Origin: Vicinamibacteria bacterium
GTDB taxonomy: Bacteria > Acidobacteriota > Vicinamibacteria > Marinacidobacterales > Marinacidobacteraceae
Length of the DNA stretch: 64,000 nt
Assembly: GCA_963668695.2 (NCBI GenBank)
Contig: CAXXLQ010000004.1
Coordinates: 800,001 to 864,000, forward strand
Direction: 5' to 3'
Shown here piece after piece: positions 30,223 to 39,482 of this stretch (position 1 is the stretch's first letter; each line of letters starts with the position of its first letter). Under the pieces are notes generated by a model, which did no database searches, was not told the origin of the DNA, and saw only the letters and a program-made list of their open reading frames with translations. The translations under genes were made by a program, and so were the position numbers.

Positions 30223-31788
30223 ATGCGGGACTCCTACGACGTCTGCGCGATCGGCGGGGGACCGGACGCCCTCGTCGCCGCGGCGTATCTCGCGAGCGCC
30301 GGGCATTCGGTGCTCGCGGTCGGCGAGGCGGGGCGTCCCGGAGGCGTCGCCGCGAACGTCGAGATCGCACCGGGATTTCAGTTCCCGGTGTTTCCGGAGA
30401 CCCTGCCCTCGGTCGACCCCGCGGTGGCCCGGGATCTTGATCTCGAGCGCCACGGGCTGGATCTGGTCGCTCCGGACCCGGTACTGACCGTCTGGGGATG
30501 GGACGGCGGATCTTTCGCGCTCCCCCGGGACCCCGAGCACGCACGGCTCGCGGTGGCCGGGCTTTCCGCGAGCGACGCGGCGCGCTTTCCGGGGTTCGTG
30601 GCCGAGGTGGGCGCGTTCGCCGGCTTCCTCCGGAAGTTGCTGGAGCAGCCACCGCTCCAGCTCGATTCCACGCTTCCCGATGCGATCCCCGCCGCCTTCG
30701 CGGCGCTCGGGCTCGGGGCGAAACGGGTCAATGGGCTCCTGCGCACGCTCCCCATGGCGCTCGCGGATTTCCTCGACGATTGGTTCGAAAGCGGACCACT
30801 CAAGGCGGCGCTCGCCGGCCCGATCCTCACCGGCACCCGTCTCGGCCCGCGGGCTCCCGGGACGGCCGGCCTCTTCCTCCATTTCCACGCGTTCGGGCAT
30901 GAGGAGCCGCTCGCCTGGATCCGTCCGGCCCGCGGCGGCTCGTCGGCGGTCGGCCGGGCGCTGCGGGCGGCGGCACAGGCCGCCGGGGTCCACTTCGAGT
31001 CCGAGTCCGGCGGCGTGCGCCGGATCGCGACCGGTCGGGGGGGCGTCACCGCAGTGGAGCTGACCGACGGCCGGGAAGTGCGGTGCGACATGGTCGTCTC
31101 TGACGCCGCCCCGGGAACCACCCTCCTCGGCTGGGTCGGGGCGCGGAGCCTGGCGCCGGACTTCGCCCACGACGTCTCAAAGATCCGCTACCGGGGAACG
31201 GCGGCGCGCGTCGGGCTCGCGCTGTCCGCGCTTCCCCGTCTCGGAGACGGAGCGACGGCCCCGGAGAACGATCCGCGGATGGGCGGCGTCGTGCAGATCG
31301 GAGCCCGGATGGACGATCTGGAGCGGGCGGCCGACGCCGCGAAGTACGGCGAGGTCGCTTCCGAGCCGCTGGTGTTCGCTTCCTTTCCGTCGGTTCACGA
31401 CCAGGAGCTGACGCCGGGGGGAAGCGCGGTGCTGGCGGCGACCGTCCAGTCGGTTCCTCAGGGCGCGGACGGCGGACGGGTGCTGGAGGCGACCCTCGGG
31501 GCGCTGGAACGCGCTTTCCCGGGCGTGTCGGACCTCGTGACCGCGTCCCGGGTGCTCACTCCCCGGACGCTCGAGCGTGGCTTCGGGCTGATCGAAGGGA
31601 GCTTCCACCAGGGCGAACCCACCCTCGACCAGTTCTACTCGCTCCGCCCGGTCCCGGGCTTTGCCCGGCACCGGATGCCGATCGCCGGGCTCTACCTCGC
31701 CGGGCCGGGGACATACCCTTATGGTGGACTGCACGGTGTCTCCGGGCGAAATGCCGCCCGCGCCATGCAGCAAGACCTCTCCAGCTAG
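30223..31788 (+). CDS. Second, diverged phytoene dehydrogenase-like FAD oxidoreductase
   Basis: IGGGPDAL, DLERAADAAKYG, TP..LERGFGL..GSFHQGE, GTYPYGG. Confidence 0.88.
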   Translation: MRDSYDVCAIGGGPDALVAAAYLASAGHSVLAVGEAGRPGGVAANVEIAPGFQFPVFPETLPSVDPAVARDLDLERHGLDLVAPDPVLTVWGWDGGSFALPRDPEHARLAVAGLSASDAARFPGFVAEVGAFAGFLRKLLEQPPLQLDSTLPDAIPAAFAALGLGAKRVNGLLRTLPMALADFLDDWFESGPLKAALAGPILTGTRLGPRAPGTAGLFLHFHAFGHEEPLAWIRPARGGSSAVGRALRAAAQAAGVHFESESGGVRRIATGRGGVTAVELTDGREVRCDMVVSDAAPGTTLLGWVGARSLAPDFAHDVSKIRYRGTAARVGLALSALPRLGDGATAPENDPRMGGVVQIGARMDDLERAADAAKYGEVASEPLVFASFPSVHDQELTPGGSAVLAATVQSVPQGADGGRVLEATLGALERAFPGVSDLVTASRVLTPRTLERGFGLIEGSFHQGEPTLDQFYSLRPVPGFARHRMPIAGLYLAGPGTYPYGGLHGVSGRNAARAMQQDLSS

Positions 31789-31807
31789 GGGTCGCAGGGG
31801 ATAACAA

Positions 31808-33025
31808 ATGCGCCGCTTCAAACCCGGACCGGGCTTCCTGGTCGCCGCCGCCTTCATCGGGCCGGGAACGGTCGTGACGGCCAGCCGCGCAGGCGCCGGC
31901 TACGGAATGACCCTCCTCTGGGCGGTGCTGTTTTCGGTGATCGCCACGGCGGTCCTCCAGACCATGGCGGCGCGGGTCGGTCTCGCCAGCCGGCGCGGCC
32001 TCGCCGAGGCGATCCGCGACAGTCTCCGGAACCCGGTCATCCGGGTGGCCGCCCTGGGCCTCATCGCGTTCACCATCCTGATCGGGAACGCCGCCTTCCA
32101 GACCGGCAACCTGCTCGGCGCCTCGCTGGGCCTCAGCCTGCTCACCGGGTTGCCGGCGGGCCTCCTGGTCCTGATCGTCGGGTCCCTCGCGGGCGCCCTG
32201 CTGATGACGGGCGTTTACAAGGTCATCCAGAACGCGCTGGTGTTCCTCGTGGGGCTGATGAGCGTGGTGTTCTTCCTGATCGCGATCCTGACCGCGCCGA
32301 GCCTCGGCGAAGTGCTGAGCGGCCTCTTCGTGCCGCGGATCCCGCCGGGAGCCCTGCTGACCGTGATGGCGCTGATCGGCACCACCGTCGTTTCCTACAA
32401 CCTCTTCCTCCACACCAGCGCCAGCCTCGAACGCTGGCCGGATGCGGAACGGAATGACGAGAACATCCGGGAGAGCCGAAACGACACCCTGTTTGCGGTG
32501 GCGCTCGGAGGGCTCATCACCGCGGCGGTGGTAGTGGCCGCCTCCCCGCTACTCGGGCAGGGCGCCGACGCCGCGGATGCCGCCACGGTCGCGGCGCGGC
32601 TCGAACCGCTCCTCGGACGGGCCGCGCCCGTGTTCTTCGGCATCGGGCTGTTTGCCGCCGGACTCACCTCGGCGATCACCGCGCCCCTCGCCGCGGCCTA
32701 CGCCGCGGGCGGCGCGCTGGGCTGGGGAGCCGACCTGAAGAGCGGCCGGATCCGCCTGCTGTGGGGCTTCGTCCTGCTGACCGGGATGTTCTGCGGCATC
32801 TTCCTCGGCGCCTCCCCCTACCAGATCATCCTGCTCGCGCAGGCCGGCAACGGGGTGGTCCTTCCGCTCGCCCTGATCCTGCTGCTCGTCGTGGTGAACC
32901 GGACCGCGATCATGGGCAAGTACCGGAACTCGCTCGTCGCGAACGTCCTCGGAACCCTGGTGGTGGCGGTGATCTCGGGGCTCGCGCTGGTCCAGCTCGC
33001 CCGGGTCCTCGGGTTGGCCGGATAG
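31808..33025 (+). CDS. Nramp-family (YcsG-like) transporter
   Basis: GPGFLVAAAFIGPGTV, ALIGTTVVSYNLFLH, AAGLTSAITAP. Confidence 0.9.
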   Translation: MRRFKPGPGFLVAAAFIGPGTVVTASRAGAGYGMTLLWAVLFSVIATAVLQTMAARVGLASRRGLAEAIRDSLRNPVIRVAALGLIAFTILIGNAAFQTGNLLGASLGLSLLTGLPAGLLVLIVGSLAGALLMTGVYKVIQNALVFLVGLMSVVFFLIAILTAPSLGEVLSGLFVPRIPPGALLTVMALIGTTVVSYNLFLHTSASLERWPDAERNDENIRESRNDTLFAVALGGLITAAVVVAASPLLGQGADAADAATVAARLEPLLGRAAPVFFGIGLFAAGLTSAITAPLAAAYAAGGALGWGADLKSGRIRLLWGFVLLTGMFCGIFLGASPYQIILLAQAGNGVVLPLALILLLVVVNRTAIMGKYRNSLVANVLGTLVVAVISGLALVQLARVLGLAG

Positions 33026-33035
33026 CACCCCGACA

Positions 33036-33085
33036 GGGGACCGCCGGCCAGTCCTCCCGGTGGGGGCCTTCAGGTCGGCATCGCG
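33036..33085. repeat. REP-like palindrome carrying the 19-nt micro-insert
   Basis: GGGACCGCCGG[CCAGTCCTCCCGGTGGGGG]CCTTCAGGTCGGCATCGC. Confidence 0.8.
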
Positions 33086-33112
33086 GCCGGAGGCCGCGAA
33101 ACGCACTGCGCC

Positions 33113-33349
33113 ATCGCACCCAGTTCACGACAGCAGATCCGGCTATCGCACCCAGTTCACGACAGCAGGGGCCTTCAGGTCGGCACCCAGTTCACGACAG
33201 CAGATCCGGTTATCGCACCCAGTTCACGACAGCAGATCCGGTTATCGCACCCAGTTCACGACAGCGATCCGGTTATCGCACCCAGTTCACGACAGATCCG
33301 GTTATCGCACCCAGTTCACGACAGCAGATCCGGTTATCGCACCCAGTTC
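33113..33349 (+). repeat. 32-bp tandem repeat, 8 units (last one partial)
   Basis: Unit ATCGCACCCAGTTCACGACAGCAGATCCGGTT; two units have short deletions; one junction is replaced by REP-derived sequence. Confidence 0.95.
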
Positions 33350-33553
33350 GATCCAACCGGCGCACCTATCGCCCCCAGCTCCGATCAAGCTCGATCCACT
33401 CGAATCCTGTATGAACGCGAGCTGCCGGCAACCGAATCGCCATTACAATCGTAAGTGACACTGTAATATCGACTTAGGTCGACAATGCTCTTCCGATTCG
33501 ATGCCAAAATCGTTGAGAATTCCCGCGCCGCTCCCCGGTAGGCTCGCCTCCCT

Positions 33554-34590
33554 TTGCCGATTCTCGACCTCCGCTCCGAGGAACCTGTTTCCGCACCGAC
33601 GGATCACGACCCGCTGGACGAGACCCCGCCGGGCCTCGACGCGATCCGCGCCTGGATCCGGAAACCGCGCCCGTGGCTGCGAGGCGTGCGGCTCTGGGTG
33701 CGCTGGATCCTTTCCGGGTTTGCAGAGACATACCGGTTCCTGAAACAGCACGCGGGGCCAGCCGCGAAGAAACTGCGCCGGATCGCGACCAGGGAGAGCG
33801 GGCGGGCCGGGCGGCGACCCTGGCCGGCAACGCGGGCCGCGAGATCGGCGGAGCGGTTACCCGAGGAGCGCGCGCCCTCCGGACGTCCGACGGACGGATC
33901 GGAAGCGCCGGCAGGAAGCTCGGGAAACTGGGCGGCGCGGTGCGTCGGTTCGGCGGGCAGTTGAACGAGGGTGGAAACGCGGCCGCCGAAATTTTCGCTG
34001 GGGTGGGCCGCCTGACCCGCGCTCTTCGCGGGAACGACCAAACCGGGCTCGGCCTGCTGGATCCACCCGAGGAACCGGAGCCGAAGGCACCGCGACCGGC
34101 CCCACGAACCCTCCGGCAATCCCCGGCGCGGAGGCTGCCGAGGCCGGCGAAGGAGGAGCAGACACCGCGCCCGCCTGCCCCGGAAGCCGCCCCGGAGGCA
34201 CTCGACGAGGCTCCCGCGCCGTCCCCGAGCCTCAGCCCCCCGCCCACCGCCGCTCCTGTGTGGGAAGAGCGTCTGGTCGGACTGCCCCGGGTCTTCATTC
34301 CCCAGATCAAAGCGCTCGGGGAACGGCCCCGAAGCGATGTTCTCTGGCCCCTCATCTTCGAAATCTGCGGCTGGCGCGAATGGACCACCCCCGCCGAACT
34401 CGCGCGCTGGTTCTCCATGCACCACCGAAGCCTCGTCAAGCGCCACCTCGGCCCGATGACGAAGGAAGGCCTGCTGGAGCGCCGCTTTCCGGATCGCCCG
34501 AACAGTCCCAGGCAGGCGTACCGCGCCCGCCGGGACGGTGCGCCGACCGCGGATTCGGAGAAATCCCGAACCCCAGGCTCCGGCCCGTAG
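33554..34590 (+). CDS. Hypothetical protein: amphipathic/Gly-rich helices, Pro-rich linker, C-terminal wHTH (Fic-C-terminal-like); apparent frameshift ~33792
   Basis: Adding one G to ACCAGGGAGAG joins ORF 33554 to ORF 33673-34590. C-terminus TTPAELARWF...KRHLGPMTKEGLLERRFPDRPNSPRQAY. Confidence 0.6.
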
Positions 34591-34636
34591 CCGTCGCCCG
34601 AAATCTTTGGCAACCCTGAGCGTGGTGACCTGACAG

Positions 34637-35572
34637 GTGCCGCTGCTTCCGTCCCGTCACCTCGACACGGTGGTCCTCTTCGAGGGGTATCGGGAAGGAC
34701 GGTTCCGCTACGCGGCAACCGGTTTCTTCTGCCGCCATCGCTTCGGTGGGGAGGAGCCGCACGAAGAACTGTTCCTGGTGACCAGCGCGCGGAACGTCCG
34801 GGAGGCACTTGGCCACACCCTCCTGGTGAGTCGCCGCCGCCGAACCCAGCGCGTCCTGTTGAACGACGCGACCGGCCAGGGCGGCCTCGGGCGGGGGCCC
34901 TGGATTTCCGACCCCGAAAGCGACCTCGCGGCACTACCGCTGAACCCGGAGCACCTCGCTGCGACGAAGTTGCGCTTCCGAGCCCTGGGCACCAGCGCCA
35001 GTGCTCTGACCATGGCCGCGATGAGGAAACGACGCATCGGCGAGGGCGACGACGTGGTGGTGATTGGATTCGCACCCGAGTTGGCGGGCTTGCACCCGGT
35101 GCCGCTGGTCCGCCGGGGGATCGTTGCGCGCATTCAGGACTGCTACCGCGGACTGTCCAAAACGTTCTTGGTGGAGGCCACCACGTTTGCCGGCAATCGG
35201 GGCAGCCCCGTGGTGATGAAGCCGGACCGCGGGGCGGATGACCGGGCCTGGAACGATCCCGCAGGAAAGTTGATCGGGATCGTCAGCGAATCCGTGCCGA
35301 ATCCGTTGGGACCGCTCGAACACGGGACCGATGGCCGAACGGTGCTGATCCAGGTGAACACCGGACTCGTCCGCGTGGTTCCGGTGGACGCGCTCCTGGA
35401 TCTTCTGGAGAAGGCCGATCCCCAACGCCACGCCTCACCCCAAGGCGCCTCGTTCCGACGCACCCCTCCCACTGACGCGCTTCTGGATCTTCTGGAGAAG
35501 GCCGATCCCCAACGTCACGCCTCACCCCAAGGCGCCTCGTCCCGACGCACCCCTCCCACTACCGAAGACTGA
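34637..35572 (+). CDS. Trypsin-like serine protease homolog, catalytic His and Ser substituted
   Basis: ATGFF, LFLVTSARNV, SDLA, TFAGNRGSPV, KLIGIV. Confidence 0.82.
   Translation: MPLLPSRHLDTVVLFEGYREGRFRYAATGFFCRHRFGGEEPHEELFLVTSARNVREALGHTLLVSRRRRTQRVLLNDATGQGGLGRGPWISDPESDLAALPLNPEHLAATKLRFRALGTSASALTMAAMRKRRIGEGDDVVVIGFAPELAGLHPVPLVRRGIVARIQDCYRGLSKTFLVEATTFAGNRGSPVVMKPDRGADDRAWNDPAGKLIGIVSESVPNPLGPLEHGTDGRTVLIQVNTGLVRVVPVDALLDLLEKADPQRHASPQGASFRRTPPTDALLDLLEKADPQRHASPQGASSRRTPPTTED
35387..35560 (+). repeat. 87-bp in-frame tandem duplication
   Basis: DALLDLLEKADPQRHASPQGAS(F/S)RRTPPT x2. Confidence 0.95.
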
Positions 35573-35577
35573 ACGTC

Positions 35578-36429
35578 GTGCCGCGGACTTGCCGGCTCTA
35601 CCTCGACACGGTGGTCACCCTCCGAGGCGTCGAGCAGAACGGCCGAAGTCGCTGGATAGGTACCGGTTTCTTCTGCCGGGCTTTCCGGTCGTACTGGCCA
35701 ACGCGCGAACTGCTCTTCCTGGTCACGAATGCCCATGTGGTCTGCCAGGGCTTCGAGCACATCAACGTCGTGGTCCCTCCCCGGGAGGGAGATCGGGCGG
35801 TGACGTACTCGGTGACCGGCAAGATCGGTCTTGGACCGAGCAAGTGGGAGGTGGACGGGCACCATGACCTCGCCGTCTTGCTACTGGACCCCGAGCACCT
35901 CCCGGAAGACGAAATTCGCGACCGCACCTTCCAGGTCGAGGCCGACGCGCTCACGATCCGGGAGCTCCGGCGGCTCCGGATCGGAGAGGGCGATGAGGCG
36001 CTTCTCGTCGGATTCGCCTTTCCCCAACACGACCCCGTCGAGGACTACCCGGCAGTCCGCCTGGCGACGATCGTCCGCGTGCCGAAGCGGGCGAGCTGCC
36101 GGAGATCCTTCCTGCTGGAGGGCACCACGTTTCCCGGAAACAGCGGTAGCCCGGTCATCGTGAGGCCGGGCCGGGACGCTTGCGGCGACGACCGTGCCGA
36201 CGGTAGCGGGAAGTTGATCGGCATCATCCGCGCGGGGGGAAACGCGGCGACGACGATCCGATCCGACAAGCAAGGCGTTCCCGTTGAAGTCCGCGAGGGC
36301 GTGGGACAGATCCACATCGTCCCGGTGGATGTGCTGCGACGCAGCATCAACGTGATCATCCGCAACGTTTTGCTCGCAGAAACCTTCGGCCCGATGTTCC
36401 GGAAGGTGAGAAGATGGGTGAAATCATGA
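35578..36429 (+). CDS. Trypsin-like serine protease (intact triad)
   Basis: GTGFF, LVTNAHVV, HDLAVL, TFPGNSGSPV. Confidence 0.9.
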   Translation: MPRTCRLYLDTVVTLRGVEQNGRSRWIGTGFFCRAFRSYWPTRELLFLVTNAHVVCQGFEHINVVVPPREGDRAVTYSVTGKIGLGPSKWEVDGHHDLAVLLLDPEHLPEDEIRDRTFQVEADALTIRELRRLRIGEGDEALLVGFAFPQHDPVEDYPAVRLATIVRVPKRASCRRSFLLEGTTFPGNSGSPVIVRPGRDACGDDRADGSGKLIGIIRAGGNAATTIRSDKQGVPVEVREGVGQIHIVPVDVLRRSINVIIRNVLLAETFGPMFRKVRRWVKS

Positions 36430-36662
36430 CGCGCTCAGTCCAAGCCGTCCTCGCCGAGGCCCTGCGGCTCGATCTCCAGGCTCGCGCCGAATTGGCGGCA
36501 GAGTTGCTCGGAAGTATCGAGGGGCCGTCCGATCCGGGCGCTGGGGCGGCCTGGGACGCTGAAGTCAGACGCCGCGTCGCGGCGATCGAAGCTGGAACCG
36601 AGAATCTTGAGCCTTGGGAGGAAGTGCGGCGCCGGATTGAGCGCGAGATCCTCAACCGGTGA
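36426..36662 (+). CDS. Addiction-module antitoxin (TIGR02574-like)
   Basis: EALRL..ARAELAAELLGSI...AWDAEVRRR...PWEEV; ATGA overlap with the protease stop. Confidence 0.88.
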   Translation: MTRSVQAVLAEALRLDLQARAELAAELLGSIEGPSDPGAGAAWDAEVRRRVAAIEAGTENLEPWEEVRRRIEREILNR

Positions 36663-36954
36663 AGGTCCGCATCGCGGCATCCGCAACCGCGGAGTTCGGT
36701 GAGGCCGTCAGGTGGTACGAGGACACAAGGCAGGGGCTGGGAGCCGCTTTCCTCGATGCCGTCAGTGCGGTCCTTTCCCGCATTGAAGAACACCCCAACA
36801 TCGGGGCGCCGTTCGCGGAGGGGCATCCCATCCGTAGAGTCCTGGTCGTCGGTTTCCCTACCAGGTCGTCCATGCGGTCAGGCCCACGGAACTAGTCGTG
36901 GTGGAGATCGCGCACCTGAGGCGGCGACCGAAGTACTGGGTGGGTCGGGACTAG
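36659..36954 (+). pseudogene. RelE/ParE-family toxin, frameshift ~36857
   Basis: EAVRWYE..GLG..F; one extra C in TTCCCTAC restores FPYQVVHAV...IAHLRRRPKYW*. Confidence 0.85.
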
Positions 36955-37033
36955 TCCTCGCCCCGGTCGTCTCTCGCTCAGCGCCCCGCGTCGCTCAGGT
37001 CGCGGAACGGAAGACGACACGATCGGGGCCTAG

Positions 37034-37247
37034 CAGCCTGTGGATAAAGTGGTGTGAGCGCCGAGAGCGGCCAGTCCTCCCGGTGGGGGCGAGGCGCCCG
37101 GCTGACAAGGCGCGCGAGGGAGGAGCCCCCACCGGGAGAACTGGCCCGTGTATTTCGACCGAAGCGCAACGATGAGCGACGCGAAGCGGAGTGTTTCAGC
37201 CGGGATGCATCGCCGGTCGAACGCCGCATGACTTTGTCCACAGGCTG
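37034..37247 (+). mobile_element. MITE copy 1
   Basis: TIRs CAGCCTGTGGATAAAGT / ACTTTGTCCACAGGCTG; CTAG on both sides. Confidence 0.9.
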
Positions 37248-37279
37248 CTAGCGATCCCTGTTGAGGATGCGACCCTCAT

Positions 37280-37318
37280 TGCTGCCGTTTCGGTAGTCGT
37301 TCTACCGAAACGGCAGCA
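37280..37318. other. Perfect 17-bp hairpin
   Basis: TGCTGCCGTTTCGGTAG-TCGTT-CTACCGAAACGGCAGCA between convergent genes; possibly a terminator. Confidence 0.7.
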
Positions 37319-37388
37319 GAAATGGCTTTTGTGATTCAGCAAGCGCCTTGCTCATCGTTCACCCCAAGTTCTACTGGCCTCCGGCGGA

Positions 37389-37414
37389 ATGCCGGTCTGA
37401 AGACCGGCGGTCCC
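37389..37414. repeat. REP-like palindrome (empty form)
   Basis: ATGCCGGTCTGAAGACCGGCGGTCCC. Confidence 0.75.
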
Positions 37415-37453
37415 TTGCCAGGCCCCCGCAGCGGCAGCTCGCCGCGCAGTCCC

Positions 37454-38422
37454 CTACGGCAGTTCGCCGTTCAGCTCCATGTACACCCGGCGGAGCGCCA
37501 TCCCCCGCTGACTTTCCCGTAGCGACCAGGTCTCGAGGTCCCCGAAGTCGGCCTGGGCATCGGCTTCCTCCGCACTCAACCCCAGGTGGTGGAGGCGGGT
37601 GGACTCGGAGATCACCGTCTCGAGCGCCTCGATGGCGACTCCCAGTTCCTCCCGCAGCATCTCCGGGCTGTCCACGAAGCCGTGCCCCGGAATGTTCACC
37701 CGGGCGTTCAGCTCCTGCGCCCGCCGCAGCATGTCCACCCACTCGGTCGGATACGCCGAACGCATCGCCGGGTACACCCGGTGGAGATATGCCTCGGTCA
37801 GGAAGAGCACGCTCTCCTCCGGCAGATGGACCACCAGGTCGCCGCCGGTGTGGGCTCTCCCCAGGAAGAGCACCTCGATCGCGCGCCCACCGAGCGTGAG
37901 ATCCAAGCGGTCGGAGATCACCGTTTGGGGCATCGGGATCTCCGGAATCCGCTCGCGGATCCCCTCCATCGCCGCCACCGAGTTCTCATGCACGATGAAC
38001 TCGACCCCCTCCGGAAACGCCGCGTTCCCCGCCGTGTGGTCCCCGTGGTCCGAAGAGATCACGACGTGGGTGATGGGCTGGTCGGTGATCTTCCCGATCT
38101 CCTCCACCATCCGGGCGGTCTCCTCGAAGCTGCCCTGCCCGTCGGCGACCAGCACACCCTCGTCGGTGATCACGAACATGCTCACGGTGGTGAAGAACTC
38201 TTCGCCGGCGGCCCGGAGCTGCTCGTAGGAATACACGCCGGGCGCGAGTTCCTGGACCCGGGGGAAATCCGCTTCGGTGAGCCCGCGCTTGAAGGGGTCG
38301 GCGGTGCGGGCCGGAACCTCGGATCCCTCGGGTTCGGGGTCCGGCGCCGGGGCGGGTTCCGGGGCGCCGCAGTTGGCGAGCCCGAAAGCCAACAACGAGA
38401 CCTTGAGCAGGTTCCGGAACAT
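37454..38422 (-). CDS. MBL-fold metallo-hydrolase, probable lipoprotein
   Basis: SSDHGDHTAGN, GRAHTGGD, IPGHG; LANC lipobox-like sequence. Confidence 0.87.
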   Translation of the reverse strand: MFRNLLKVSLLAFGLANCGAPEPAPAPDPEPEGSEVPARTADPFKRGLTEADFPRVQELAPGVYSYEQLRAAGEEFFTTVSMFVITDEGVLVADGQGSFEETARMVEEIGKITDQPITHVVISSDHGDHTAGNAAFPEGVEFIVHENSVAAMEGIRERIPEIPMPQTVISDRLDLTLGGRAIEVLFLGRAHTGGDLVVHLPEESVLFLTEAYLHRVYPAMRSAYPTEWVDMLRRAQELNARVNIPGHGFVDSPEMLREELGVAIEALETVISESTRLHHLGLSAEEADAQADFGDLETWSLRESQRGMALRRVYMELNGELP

Positions 38423-38516
38423 GAGCAGCCTCCCTCGCCCCACCGAGCAGACCATCGGACGCGGGCGAACGGATCGTACCGTTCCCTGAGAGTGGCCAAG
38501 ATGACACAATGGCGTA

Positions 38517-39413
38517 ATGGACGGACCGACAATGACTTACCGGCGGCGGCCACCCGGATTGCTCGCCCGGATCGCCCACGTTCCGCCCATTCGGATCGTC
38601 CTCTTCGCGGCCGCCATCGGCGGGGCTCTCTGGCTCCAGCGGGTGGTTGCCGGCGGTTTGGCCCAAATTTTGGGCGGGTGGTGGCCCAGCGCAGCAGTCG
38701 GTGCGGTGCTGGCGATTCTCGCCGTCAACTTCGCATACCGAGGCATGACCTGGTTGCTCGAAGAGCGGCCTGCCGACGAACTGGCGCTGGAGGGCGCCCC
38801 CCGTGAAACGGCGGCGGGGATCGTGGTCGGCGCCACCTGCCTGACGCTGACCGTGCTGCTCGTCGCTGGTCTTGGCTTCTACCACGTCGAGAGCGTCGGC
38901 GCCTGGACCGCGCTGCTCACCGCATTCGGCATCGCCGCGACGTCCAGTTACATCGAGGAGATCGTCTTCCGGGGGGTGCTCTTCCGGATCGTGGAAGAAT
39001 GGCTCGGCACCTGGTTCGCGTTCGCGATCTCGGTGGGGTTCTTCGGATTCGCGCATCTGAGCAACCCGAACGCGACGCTCTACGGCGCCGCCGCGATCGG
39101 GATCGAAGCCGGGGTGCTGCTCGGCGCCGCCTACATCCTCACCCGGCGGCTATGGCTGGCCATCGGCATCCATTTCGGGTGGAACTTCATGCAGGCGGGC
39201 GTCTTCGGCCCCAACCTCTCGGGGCACGAGGTGGGAAGCCTCCTCGAGTCCCGCCTGAGCGGCCCCGACCTGCTCTCCGGGGGCGCTCTCGGCGTCGAAG
39301 GTTCCGTGTTCGCCGTCCTCGTCTGCGGCGCGCTCAGCGCCCTGCTCCTGATGAAGGCTCGGCGAAGGGGCCTGTTCGTCCCACCGTTCTGGCGCCGCAA
39401 ACGGACTTCCTGA
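38517..39413 (+). CDS. CPBP-family (CAAX protease-like) intramembrane metalloprotease
   Basis: EEIVFRG, FGFAH, HFGWN, GG..G.EGS. Confidence 0.92.
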   Translation: MDGPTMTYRRRPPGLLARIAHVPPIRIVLFAAAIGGALWLQRVVAGGLAQILGGWWPSAAVGAVLAILAVNFAYRGMTWLLEERPADELALEGAPRETAAGIVVGATCLTLTVLLVAGLGFYHVESVGAWTALLTAFGIAATSSYIEEIVFRGVLFRIVEEWLGTWFAFAISVGFFGFAHLSNPNATLYGAAAIGIEAGVLLGAAYILTRRLWLAIGIHFGWNFMQAGVFGPNLSGHEVGSLLESRLSGPDLLSGGALGVEGSVFAVLVCGALSALLLMKARRRGLFVPPFWRRKRTS

Positions 39414-39482
39414 CGGCAAACCCTCCTCGCCCAAGCCTCGCGTAAGATGGGGGGTTCCCCCGACCGGGGAGGAGGGACCGTC

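Noticed and set aside
27643-31170. Very long antisense ORFs (also 39687-41876, 47643-50480, 50348-52330, 33474-35075)
   Set aside because: Shadow frames of GC-rich genes on the other strand, Arg/Gly/Pro-rich with no motifs.
28615-31788. Carotenoid biosynthesis (crtI)
   Set aside because: No crtB/crtE nearby; motifs fit the broader PYROXD2-like group.
33113-33349. CRISPR array
   Set aside because: Units are contiguous with no unique spacers, and no cas genes are present.
37034-37251. Small recurring ORFs such as MSAESGQSSRWGRGARL (also 54504, 63337)
   Set aside because: Translations of MITE sequence; frames are not conserved among copies.
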